NCBI GenBank assembly: GCA_964573055.1
Contig: CAZNIG010000003.1
Span: forward strand, 82,085-146,084
From: an uncultured Dehalococcoidia bacterium
Lineage (GTDB): Bacteria; Chloroflexota; Dehalococcoidia; Lucifugimonadales; UBA2985
Reading direction: 5' to 3'
Length of the DNA stretch: 64,000 bases
How positions within the stretch are numbered: position 1 is the stretch's first letter; each line of letters opens with the position of its first letter. This document shows, piece by piece, positions 41,726 to 51,006 of this stretch. The position numbers were made by a program, and so were the translations under genes. Under the pieces are notes generated by a model. That model worked only from the letters and a program-made list of their open reading frames with translations, was not told where the DNA came from and made no database searches.

Positions 41726-44700
41726 ATGAGCATCAATAAAAATACAAGCCGCCCATCAGGAGATCCACTTTTCAGCCCCGTACAGAGTAGAGTGAATTTC
41801 CCTCAGATGGAAAGAGACCTGCTAGATTGGTGGGATCGTACTGATATGATTCGCAAGTACCTGAACCGTAACGAGGGTTCTGATAAACATTGGTCGTTTA
41901 TAGACGGTCCTATCACAGCTAACAACCCCATGGGTGTGCACCACGCCTGGGGGCGCTCATACAAGGACCTGTTTCAACGCTATAAGACCATGCAGGGTTT
42001 CAAACAACGATACCAGAACGGATTCGATGGCCAAGGATTATGGGTAGAAGTCGAAGTCGAAAAAGAAATGGGTTTCGGCTCAAAGAGAGATATAGAGCAC
42101 TTCGGGATAGACCGCTTTGTCGAGGCATGTAAGGATCGCGTAAGACATTTCTCGGAAATGATAACTCAACAATCGGTTCGCTTAGCTTACTGGATGAACT
42201 GGGATAACTCATACCAAACCATGTCGGATGAGAACAATTACACTATCTGGCAATTCCTTAAAACATGCAACGAAAAAGGATGGATTTATCAAGGCACCGA
42301 TGTGATGCCCTGGTGCCCCAGATGCGGAACTGGCCTATCAGAACACGAAATAGTCACAGAAGGCTACAAAGAAATCGTCCATCAGAGCGTGTTTGTAAGA
42401 TTCCCGTTAGCAAACATCCCTAATGAGTCGTTACTAGTATGGACCACCACCCCATGGACACTCACTTCTAATGTATCGGCTGCTGTTCATCCCGAACTCA
42501 TTTATACCAAGGTACGGCAAGGAGATGAAATCTTCTATCTAAGCAAGGAGCTTGTAAGTATCCTCAGCGACGACTTTGAAATCTTGGAAGAGTTCAAAGG
42601 AGAGAAATTAGTGGGCCTGGCCTACCATGGCCCATTCGACGAACTACAAGCACAACACGGGGTAGAACACAAGGTAATCGCCTGGAAAGAAGTGAGCGAA
42701 ACTGAAGGAACTGGTATCGTACACATAGCTCCAGGAGCTGGTAAGGAGGACTTTGCATTAGGCAAGGAATTTAATCTCCCCTCCATAGCACCGCTGGATG
42801 AATTTGGTAATTATATCGAAGGATTTGGCTGGCTAGAAGGTAGAAACGTATCTGAGGTTAACCCAGATATCTTCAAGAATCTCGAACACAAAGGGCTTAT
42901 GTTCAAAATACAGAACTACTCACATAGGTACCCAGTGTGTTGGCGGTGCGATACAGAATTGGTTTTTAGGTTGGTAGATGAATGGTTCATATCTATGGAT
43001 GAACTCAGACACCTGATCGCTGATATTACTCGAAAGATCCGATGGATACCAAGTTTTGGGCTTGAGCGAGAATTGGATTGGCTTCGTAACATGGGCGACT
43101 GGATGATCTCCAAAAAACGTTATTGGGGTCTTGCCCTTCCAATTTACCAATGCGAATGTGGACATTTCGAAGTTATGGGCAGCGAAGATGAGCTTAAGAC
43201 AAGGGCCGTTGAAGGTTGGGAGAGTTTCGCTGGTCATTCCCCTCACAGGCCCTGGATAGACGCGGTACGGATTCGTTGTAGTAAATGCTCTAGCCTAGTT
43301 TCACGCATTACTGACGTAGGCAATCCCTGGCTGGACGCAGGCATCGTGCCTTACTCTACACTTGGCTATCGCCATGGCCAAGAATACTGGAACGAATGGT
43401 TCCCAGCTGATTGGATCTCAGAAAGCTTCCCAGGACAATTCCGCAACTGGTTCTATTCGTTGTTAACGATGAGCACCGTCCTAGAGAATCGCGAACCTTT
43501 CCGTTCAGTATTCAGCTACGCCCTGATGCGGGATGAGAAAGGTCAAGAAATGCACAAGAGTAAAGGCACTGCGCTTGACTTCGGAGAGGCCGCCGAAAAG
43601 ATGGGCGTTGACGCAATGAGATGGGTTTTCGTTCTACACAATCCTGCTCAAAATCTAAATTTTGGCTTTACCACCGCAGATGAGGTGAGAAGGCGATTTC
43701 TACTCACCCTCTGGAACACATATTCTTTCTTTGTGACTTACGCGAACATAGACCATTTTAACCCAACCATAGCGAAAGATATCATGCCATCGTCTGAAAT
43801 GGACCGATGGGTGCTGTCAGAACTCCACTCACTGATAGAAGACGTGACATCAAGCCTAGATAATTACGACGCCGCAAGCGCGGGGCGACGCATTGAGGAA
43901 TTTACTGAGCTTTTGTCCAACTGGTATGTCCGTAGAAACCGCAGACGTTTTTGGAAAAGTGAAAACGACCACGACAAGCTCTCTGCACATAAAACTCTTT
44001 ATAGTTGCCTTGTAACCCTCACAAAGTTACTAGCTCCTCTAACGCCATTCATATCAGAAGAGCTTTACCAGAACTTAGTTCGGTCTGCAGACCCAGATGC
44101 CCCAGAAAGCGTTCATTTGAACAACTATCCGGTATCCGATAGTGCACAGATTGACATACGCCTGTCCCAAGCTGCTCGATTGGCAATGAAGATCTCTAGC
44201 TTAGGCCGTTCTGCGAGGAGCAGAGCAGGAATAAAGGTGAGACAGCCTATATCAAAGGCGTTGGTATCGCTCCGTTCGCCTGATGAGATCAGTCTACTTG
44301 AACAAGTCAGCCCTCAAATAGCCGAAGAATTAAATGTTAAGGAGATTCTCCCTCTTATCAACGAGGGAGAAGTCCTAGATTTTCAAGTCAAATTGAATCC
44401 GGCCATAGCGGGGGCAAAATATGGGTCTCGTATGTCAGATATTGCCGATGCCCTCCAACAAGCAGATAGTAATCTCATAGCCCACAAAGTTAGGTCTGGC
44501 TCTTCTATCGAAGCGGGAGACCTTACTCTCACTCCTGAGGAAATTGCAGTTACTGTTTCAGATAAACCAGGCTATAGTTCAGCATCTGACGGGGGTTACC
44601 TTGTCGCCTTAATTACCAAGATTTCTCCTGAGCTTAAAGATGAAGGTATAGCGAGAGAATTGGTACACAGACTGCAAAATATGCGCCGGGAGGCAGGCTT

Positions 44701-44899
44701 TGCCATATCTGACCACATTGTTACCTATTACTCTGCAAGCACCGCGTTAAGTGATGTTATCCGCCGTTTCAATAGTTATATCAAAGAAGAAACCCTTTCC
44801 TTAGAGGTTATTCCAGATACATTACCTGATGATGCCTATACCGAAAAACAAAGCATTGAAGGAAGTGAAATAGAGCTAGGGGTTATAAGAGCTATTTAA
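41726..44899 (+). CDS. ileS: Isoleucine--tRNA ligase, type 2 (IleRS2)
   Basis: DGPITAN..GVHH, WTTTPWT editing motif, DWMISKKRYWG and EMHKS; long C-terminus with ARELVHRLQNMRREAG and no IleRS1 zinc finger. Confidence 0.96.
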   Translation: MSINKNTSRPSGDPLFSPVQSRVNFPQMERDLLDWWDRTDMIRKYLNRNEGSDKHWSFIDGPITANNPMGVHHAWGRSYKDLFQRYKTMQGFKQRYQNGFDGQGLWVEVEVEKEMGFGSKRDIEHFGIDRFVEACKDRVRHFSEMITQQSVRLAYWMNWDNSYQTMSDENNYTIWQFLKTCNEKGWIYQGTDVMPWCPRCGTGLSEHEIVTEGYKEIVHQSVFVRFPLANIPNESLLVWTTTPWTLTSNVSAAVHPELIYTKVRQGDEIFYLSKELVSILSDDFEILEEFKGEKLVGLAYHGPFDELQAQHGVEHKVIAWKEVSETEGTGIVHIAPGAGKEDFALGKEFNLPSIAPLDEFGNYIEGFGWLEGRNVSEVNPDIFKNLEHKGLMFKIQNYSHRYPVCWRCDTELVFRLVDEWFISMDELRHLIADITRKIRWIPSFGLERELDWLRNMGDWMISKKRYWGLALPIYQCECGHFEVMGSEDELKTRAVEGWESFAGHSPHRPWIDAVRIRCSKCSSLVSRITDVGNPWLDAGIVPYSTLGYRHGQEYWNEWFPADWISESFPGQFRNWFYSLLTMSTVLENREPFRSVFSYALMRDEKGQEMHKSKGTALDFGEAAEKMGVDAMRWVFVLHNPAQNLNFGFTTADEVRRRFLLTLWNTYSFFVTYANIDHFNPTIAKDIMPSSEMDRWVLSELHSLIEDVTSSLDNYDAASAGRRIEEFTELLSNWYVRRNRRRFWKSENDHDKLSAHKTLYSCLVTLTKLLAPLTPFISEELYQNLVRSADPDAPESVHLNNYPVSDSAQIDIRLSQAARLAMKISSLGRSARSRAGIKVRQPISKALVSLRSPDEISLLEQVSPQIAEELNVKEILPLINEGEVLDFQVKLNPAIAGAKYGSRMSDIADALQQADSNLIAHKVRSGSSIEAGDLTLTPEEIAVTVSDKPGYSSASDGGYLVALITKISPELKDEGIARELVHRLQNMRREAGFAISDHIVTYYSASTALSDVIRRFNSYIKEETLSLEVIPDTLPDDAYTEKQSIEGSEIELGVIRAI

Positions 44900-45002
44900 A
44901 TCCCAGAAAATCACATACTCTGCTCCTTGTGATTCTTGCCTACCTTAAGTAATATCTTATAAACTCGTAGAAGTTGGGCCCTGTTTAAAAGGAATTCCCT
45001 AA

Positions 45003-45524
45003 ATGACAAATGTAGTTCTAGTTGTAGACATGGTCAGAGGATTTCTGGAAGAGGGTTACAACCTTTACTGCGGACCCTATGCCAGAACAATTATTCCTGA
45101 AGTGCAAAACCTAATCGAAAAAGAACTGTCAAAAGGCTCCACATTGTTTTACATCTGCGACACTCACGAGCCAGATGATCTAGAATTCCAAATGTTCCCC
45201 GTTCACTGCATTAAGGGAACCGTTGAATCAGAAGTCATCCCAGAACTCCGAAAATACCCTGGGGAAAGAATAGACAAACAGCGTTATAGTGGCTTCTACG
45301 GCACTGATTTGGAAAACAGGTTGGCCCAAATCAGACCCGAAAAGGTGATTATCTGTGGGGTTTGTACAGACATCTGCGTGATGCACACGGCAGCTGATGC
45401 AAGAAACAGGGATTACACTGTAGAAATAGCCATGTCCACCGTAGCTACCTTCAACCAAGAAGCGAGTAAGTGGGTATTTAACCATATGGAGCAAATACTT
45501 GGCGTAACAGTACTACCCAAGTGA
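45003..45524 (+). CDS. pncA: Cysteine hydrolase, nicotinamidase/isochorismatase family
   Basis: VVDM, D.H..D.EF..FP.HC, KQRYSGF and GVCTDICV motifs; adjacent to a NAPRTase-like gene. Confidence 0.8.
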   Translation: MTNVVLVVDMVRGFLEEGYNLYCGPYARTIIPEVQNLIEKELSKGSTLFYICDTHEPDDLEFQMFPVHCIKGTVESEVIPELRKYPGERIDKQRYSGFYGTDLENRLAQIRPEKVIICGVCTDICVMHTAADARNRDYTVEIAMSTVATFNQEASKWVFNHMEQILGVTVLPK

Positions 45525-45714
45525 GAGAATCAATCATTATATTAGCCGACATAAACTTGTCAAACCTACCTAAACTGGATAACACGCTATTGCAAAAGCA
45601 CTTACAACTCAATTCTCGTATCCTGCCCCTTAACATTGGTAACATTCACAGATATTGCACTAATGTCGATAGAGTGATAGGATTGGCCAACTCTGGAGAT
45701 ATGCTGGAGATATA

Positions 45715-46713
45715 GTGGCCGAACCAAGTTTTGATATAAGGCCGTCAGTCCTAGTCGGAGATACCGCAGACATCAGTCTGCACCGCAGTCTAACTGTTCT
45801 GCGTAACGAGGGCATTAACCCGGTGGTGTCAGTAGAATTCTCAGCCACTAAAAGTGGCGTGTTCTGTGGCATCCGAGAGGTTAAGACCTTATTAGCCAAG
45901 ATTCTCCCTCAAGGTAATCGCGAAGTATGGGCACTAGATGAGGGAGCACTCGTATCTCCGGAAGAAGTCGCTCTTAGAGTGATTGCACCCTATGGATCCT
46001 TCGGTTTGTATGAGACTGCAATATCCGGGACACTCTCTCAATGCTCTGGCTGGGCTAGCGCCAGTAAGGAATGTGTCGCGGCCTCAGATGGCATACCGGT
46101 CATATCCGTGGGAGCTCGTCACATCCATCCCAATATAGCTGGAATTATGGACTACTCCGCGATTATTGGAGGATGCGTATCTTGTTCAACTAGCCTCGGC
46201 GCCAAATTAGCAGGCTCTACAGCCAACGGAACGTTATCTCCGAATGTATCTCTGATAATGGAGGAAACCTTGAGAGCCATGCAGGCTTTTGACAAGCATG
46301 TGCCACAAGAAGTCCCTCGGGTTGCTCCTGTAAGCATAATCAAAGATGAAATGGAGGAGTCCTTAGGCTTAGCAAAAGGGCTTCGTCAGCGCCTAAGAGG
46401 TATACTACTAGATTCCGCAAGCATCCATGGTGGAATCACTTCAACCATGACTAAAGAAATAAGAGCTAGACTAGACTTGGCAGGGTACACTCACATAGAA
46501 ATCTTTCTCACCGGTGGATTAAATCCGCAAACAATCAGCACATTCCTAGAGCAAAAGGCTCCCGTGAACGGCTTCGAGGTCGGCAGTTACATAAGCGGGG
46601 CTACCCCACAACCTTTCACGGCAGCTATTCACGAAGTGGACGGCAAGGCTGTAGCCAAGAGGGGACGCATACCAGGTAACAGTCAGAACCCCCGTCTAAT
46701 ACAGATTATATAA
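45715..46713 (+). CDS. Nicotinate phosphoribosyltransferase-like protein (degenerate active-site motifs)
   Basis: Type II PRTase architecture (GARHIHP, KEIRARLD, TGGL, VGSYIS, AKRGRIPG); GGAG RBS. Confidence 0.8.
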   Translation: MAEPSFDIRPSVLVGDTADISLHRSLTVLRNEGINPVVSVEFSATKSGVFCGIREVKTLLAKILPQGNREVWALDEGALVSPEEVALRVIAPYGSFGLYETAISGTLSQCSGWASASKECVAASDGIPVISVGARHIHPNIAGIMDYSAIIGGCVSCSTSLGAKLAGSTANGTLSPNVSLIMEETLRAMQAFDKHVPQEVPRVAPVSIIKDEMEESLGLAKGLRQRLRGILLDSASIHGGITSTMTKEIRARLDLAGYTHIEIFLTGGLNPQTISTFLEQKAPVNGFEVGSYISGATPQPFTAAIHEVDGKAVAKRGRIPGNSQNPRLIQII

Positions 46714-46714
46714 G

Positions 46715-48151
46715 TCAGATAGATCTCCCGCCAGAAAATACCAACTGTAACCCTTTATCTGAGTTTTCCCTTAATCTGGCCCAATCGGCAACCACATGTC
46801 CAGCAATCCACACGATTCCTTTATCTGACACTACTATCGGGATCTGATCCCTTAGGCGGCGCGGAATCTTAGCGTCTACCATTATATCTTGTACTTTCTT
46901 CGATCCTCTCATCCCAAAGGGCTGAATCCTGTCCCCTGGCCTTCGAGTCCTCACAAACAGATCATCTCCAATTTGATCATGGTCCAACACCACAATATTT
47001 TTATCCGCAGAAACCTTAAGATTTTTTCCTTCAATAACCTTCGCTTCAAATTCCCACGACGGCAACACCGTACATCCGGGTATTTTGAGAGGTTGCGGAT
47101 AAACAACTCTATAGCCGACAACCGAGCTAGGCGGCGGGGAAACCAATCTTAGTACATTGTAGTCTACGCAGAATACTACCCCTTGGGGTAAGGCAACCTC
47201 TTTCCCCGCTCCCATTTCAGACATTTCAGCTATGGTTTTCAAGTGATAATGACTCAGATCGCGAGTATGCCCTGTAATATCTTGGTATAGAATTCGCAAC
47301 AACTGACGTTTTATCGAAGACGCGAGTTTCGAGAATCCTTTGCGTTCTATAGTGAAACCATGTTCGGATCCCAACACCAAGTATTCTCGAGCTAAATCAG
47401 CCTGACCCGCAATATACCCGTAATCTTCAGTGGAAGCCTCTGAAAGCCTGAGAAGTGCTCCGTTGATTTGGGCATTGTATTGTCTCAACTGAGGCAATAA
47501 ATCAAGCCTAATCTTATTTCGTGTGAATTCAACCAGACGATTTGTAGAATCCTCTCTTGGAACAACCCCTTGGCCACTGCAATAGGCAACAGTTTCTTCC
47601 CGACTGGTACCAAGCAGCGGACGGATAACCTTCATTCGAGACCCACCAAGTTCTGAATGCCAATAAGAAACCTTAGACATGCCGGCCAAACCTGCTAAGC
47701 CGGTTCCTCTCAGTATATGCATGATCACGGTCTCGACTTGATCATCACTTGTGTGGCCCACCATCACTGCATCGGCCCCAGACTCATAAACTACCTGCGC
47801 CAGGGCGTTATACCTTAATTCACGTGCCGCCTCTTCTAAGGAAATCCCTCGCCGCGCCCGATGAGATTCAACATCCACTTTTTTTATCGACACGGCTATT
47901 CCTAAAGATTGTGCCAACTGTGCCACAAAGTTAGCATCTCTTTTTGATTCTTGCCCGCGCAATCCATGATCAACATGTGCTATATGCAACTTCAACCCAG
48001 TACTTAGACTATACTTTGCCATAAGCAGCAATAAAGCGACTGAATCTGCCCCCCCTGAAACAGCTAATACCACGCCTGCGCGATTCGTATTTGGACCTGA
48101 CACCTTAAAGAAATCGTCTATCTCCCTAAGGATTTTGCCTTCTATGGACAC
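46715..48151 (-). CDS. tilS: tRNA(Ile)-lysidine synthetase
   Basis: AVSGGADS PP-loop, HVDHGLR, GHTSDDQVET and RNKIR motifs; C-terminal RRPGDRI domain. Confidence 0.96.
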   Translation of the reverse strand: MSIEGKILREIDDFFKVSGPNTNRAGVVLAVSGGADSVALLLLMAKYSLSTGLKLHIAHVDHGLRGQESKRDANFVAQLAQSLGIAVSIKKVDVESHRARRGISLEEAARELRYNALAQVVYESGADAVMVGHTSDDQVETVIMHILRGTGLAGLAGMSKVSYWHSELGGSRMKVIRPLLGTSREETVAYCSGQGVVPREDSTNRLVEFTRNKIRLDLLPQLRQYNAQINGALLRLSEASTEDYGYIAGQADLAREYLVLGSEHGFTIERKGFSKLASSIKRQLLRILYQDITGHTRDLSHYHLKTIAEMSEMGAGKEVALPQGVVFCVDYNVLRLVSPPPSSVVGYRVVYPQPLKIPGCTVLPSWEFEAKVIEGKNLKVSADKNIVVLDHDQIGDDLFVRTRRPGDRIQPFGMRGSKKVQDIMVDAKIPRRLRDQIPIVVSDKGIVWIAGHVVADWARLRENSDKGLQLVFSGGRSI

Positions 48152-48188
48152 TTCCGCGCCCCCTCCCGGTTTACTTCTAACCCTTAGG

Positions 48189-49478
48189 CTAGTCCTGCCC
48201 CCTAGTTACCCGCACTCTCTCAATCTTCATTCCACGCATTTCGGATATAACCAAGCGTAGCCCAGAGTACTTGAATTGCTCACCCTCAGATGGTATATGC
48301 CCCAAGGCATCCAAAATAAAACCTGCTACTGTTTCGTAATTTCCAATTGGAAGCTCTAAATTCAACTCTTCATTAAGCTCCTCAATTTGCATACCACCGT
48401 CTATGTCGAAGGTATTAGAGTCTATCGTCTCATATTCAGGCTCCGGCTGCGCGCCTTCTTCGCCTACGGGACCAACGATTTCCTCAATCAACTGCTTTAC
48501 AGTAACTATCCCCGCGATACCGCCGAACTCATCAATCAGCATTGCTATTTGGTCACCACGCCTCTGCATTTCTCTGAAAAGGGAACCCACGGCTTTAGTG
48601 TCTGGAACAAAATTGACACCGCGGAGGAAAGTCGTAACAGGATCCGAAGAATTAATCTTCCCCTGGGCTATTGCTGCAACTACGTCTTTAACCGACAGAA
48701 CGCCAAGAACGTTTTCTAGATCTCCTTCAAAAACAGGAAACCTTGTATGAGAATGATCCTGATAAGTAGACAGAAAATTTCCTAGAGTAGTACCAGATTC
48801 AATCCAAACGACCTCCACCCTAGGTGTCATAATTTCTCGTACTTGCCGATCACCAAACCTAAATACTTTCTCCAACATTTGAGCTTCCTGCTCTTCTACC
48901 ATACCCTCAGCTTCACCAATTCCTATGAGCATCCTTAACTCTCCCTCAGTGATTGACGGGGTTGGTGGTAATTTATTCATACCAAACAACCTGAGAACTG
49001 CCTTCGGCAAGATGGTGAAGAAATATATCAAAACGGTTTCGAACTTCATTACAATCTCTATTGGTCTAGCTACAGCTAATGCCCATTTTTCTGATGCCTG
49101 AGCAGCTAACGACTTCGGCGTAATCTCACCAAAAGTAACTATAAAGACTGTAAGAACCATCGTCGTGATCAAGAGAGTAGTAGGTGAATCACCGAAGATA
49201 GCTAAAGCTAGCGCAGTAGCCACCGATGTTGTAAGGATTATGAAGGCATTTTCTGTAAACAGGATCGTAGCGAAGAATTTCTCGTGTTCCCTGACAACTC
49301 GGTTAACAGCCTGTGCCCTCTTATCTCCCTGCTCTGCCAGGTGGCGAATTCTAAATTTGTTGACTGAGATAAGACTTGCCTCGGAGCTAGTGAAAAACGC
49401 AACAATGAAAATGCTCACCACCAGCACTACTATCTGTGGCAAGTGACTGAAAATTGAACCGTTACTTATACTTTCCAC
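48189..49478 (-). CDS. CNNM/HlyC/CorC family membrane protein (DUF21 + CBS pair + CorC_HlyC)
   Basis: FFTSSEASL, FGEITPK, VREIMTPR, HTRFPV, DEFGG and YETVAG motifs; start reassigned to GTG 49478. Confidence 0.92.
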   Translation of the reverse strand: MESISNGSIFSHLPQIVVLVVSIFIVAFFTSSEASLISVNKFRIRHLAEQGDKRAQAVNRVVREHEKFFATILFTENAFIILTTSVATALALAIFGDSPTTLLITTMVLTVFIVTFGEITPKSLAAQASEKWALAVARPIEIVMKFETVLIYFFTILPKAVLRLFGMNKLPPTPSITEGELRMLIGIGEAEGMVEEQEAQMLEKVFRFGDRQVREIMTPRVEVVWIESGTTLGNFLSTYQDHSHTRFPVFEGDLENVLGVLSVKDVVAAIAQGKINSSDPVTTFLRGVNFVPDTKAVGSLFREMQRRGDQIAMLIDEFGGIAGIVTVKQLIEEIVGPVGEEGAQPEPEYETIDSNTFDIDGGMQIEELNEELNLELPIGNYETVAGFILDALGHIPSEGEQFKYSGLRLVISEMRGMKIERVRVTRGQD

Positions 49479-49538
49479 TGGAGTTCCTAGGATTATCCTC
49501 TGCAACCAAGGTAAGTGATCCCTAGTTGCCTGTACTTT

Positions 49539-49736
49539 GGATGGCCGCAACTTACCAATCGTTCGCCTGCGCATCTGGCCAGGGCGGCTCGTTCCGCTTG
49601 CTGCCAGCTACATCGAGGGTTATGGCTAGAGTTGATTTGCAATTTTAAGAGGGTTATCCTTAACGTAGAACGTAGTGTTGCGCAAGGACTCCATCAGGCT
49701 TCTTACCAGGCTCCAACTGGGGCCAGCTCGCCATCC
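49539..49736 (-). ncRNA. Putative ~198-nt structured RNA (6S-like or novel leader)
   Basis: Starts at the predicted TSS. The 5' and 3' ends pair as an irregular rod: GGAUGGC/GCCAUCC, AGCU/AGUU, CCAGUUG/CGAUUGG, GCCUG/CAGGC. Confidence 0.6.
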
Positions 49737-49741
49737 GAAGC

Positions 49742-49770
49742 ATGGTAGCATCCGTGTGTAAGGATGTCAA
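49742..49770 (-). promoter_or_regulatory. Sigma70-type promoter
   Basis: TTGACA-17 bp-TACCAT. Confidence 0.75.
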
Positions 49771-49856
49771 AATTAGGCAGATCGCCTCAAATATAGAATC
49801 GCATATCTAGTAATCAATAGCCTTCATTGATATGCATGCCCATATCATTATGCATT

Positions 49857-50774
49857 ATGAACGAACAATTACCTGAAAAATCCATCACTAAGAGCCTCGA
49901 GATCGAAGCCACGCGATTAATAAGGGGAGCAGAGCAAGTTCTTTATCAATACATGCCAGGTAAAATAAGTGTCTCATATAAAGGTAAACAAAATAGCGAC
50001 CCTGTAACGGAAGCAGATATAAGGATAGAGGATTACCTGCGTAAAGAGATCTCCCAAGAATACCCACAACACCTAATTATTGCTGAGGAAAGTTCGCAGC
50101 AAAACACCAACGGAGATTCCCCTTTTACTTGGGTGATAGACCCCTTAGATGGAACGGCGAATTTTGCCTCCGGAATCCCTGTATATGCTATATCAATTGG
50201 AATCCTATACCAAGGAATACCAATTGCCGGAGCGTTACTTCTGCCCTCCACGGCTTCGAACCATGGAGTGTACCATGCTAGCCTTGGCGGAGGGGCTTTC
50301 TGGGAAGACCAACCCATAACAGCATCACTGAGTACAGTTCCTATTTCCTCTGGGATATCCGGTGTCCCGGCAAATTTCGAGAGATTGTTTTCCAGAAAGG
50401 CTCTATCAGACCAAGGAATCGGAGAGGTTCGCGTGCTGGGTAGTATCGCTTATGAAATGACTTTGGTAGCACAGGGGGCCTTTCAATCGTCATTCCTTAA
50501 TGGTGGCCGAATTTGGGATGTGGCGGCCGGTATAATCCTGATCAGAGAGGCTGGAGGCGGAGTATGGGAGTTCAGCCAAGGGTCCTGGAGAGAATTCAGT
50601 AGCTTCATCGATGCAAAAATATTATCCGATAAATCACGATACGAGACGCTCCGCACATGGAACAGGCCCCTTTTAACTGGAGGATCTGCAATCGCTGAAG
50701 CCTTGGCTTCAAAAATAACATTCAGAAGAGGAAATCTGTCATCTTTGCTGAGGAAACTCAGAATTATGCCCTAA
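49857..50774 (+). CDS. Inositol monophosphatase family protein
   Basis: DPVTEAD, AEE, WVIDPLDGTANF and WDVAAG motifs. Confidence 0.93.
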   Translation: MNEQLPEKSITKSLEIEATRLIRGAEQVLYQYMPGKISVSYKGKQNSDPVTEADIRIEDYLRKEISQEYPQHLIIAEESSQQNTNGDSPFTWVIDPLDGTANFASGIPVYAISIGILYQGIPIAGALLLPSTASNHGVYHASLGGGAFWEDQPITASLSTVPISSGISGVPANFERLFSRKALSDQGIGEVRVLGSIAYEMTLVAQGAFQSSFLNGGRIWDVAAGIILIREAGGGVWEFSQGSWREFSSFIDAKILSDKSRYETLRTWNRPLLTGGSAIAEALASKITFRRGNLSSLLRKLRIMP

Positions 50775-51006
50775 AACATGTTCACGGAAAGTGAACTAAG
50801 AAGTTCCTAGTACCGATGCTTCTAGACGTTAAACCCCTTTTTACCATCTGGTTTTCTACAATATCCTCGCTTTGCGAGATAGATAACAGCCTTGCAATAT
50901 AGGCTGTAGTAGAATATTATTGTGCCTAAGCAATTTGGATATCTGGTCGCATCCTGCGCAGGTAATCAGATTGACTGGGAAACAAGGGCCAAATAAGGAG
51001 GGTGTC

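Noticed and set aside
49551-49581. Segment GCCAGAUGCGCAGGCGAACGAUUGGUAAG reminiscent of the raiA-motif RNA
   Set aside because: Flanking sequence and position within the RNA do not match my recollection of that motif; left for cmscan to decide
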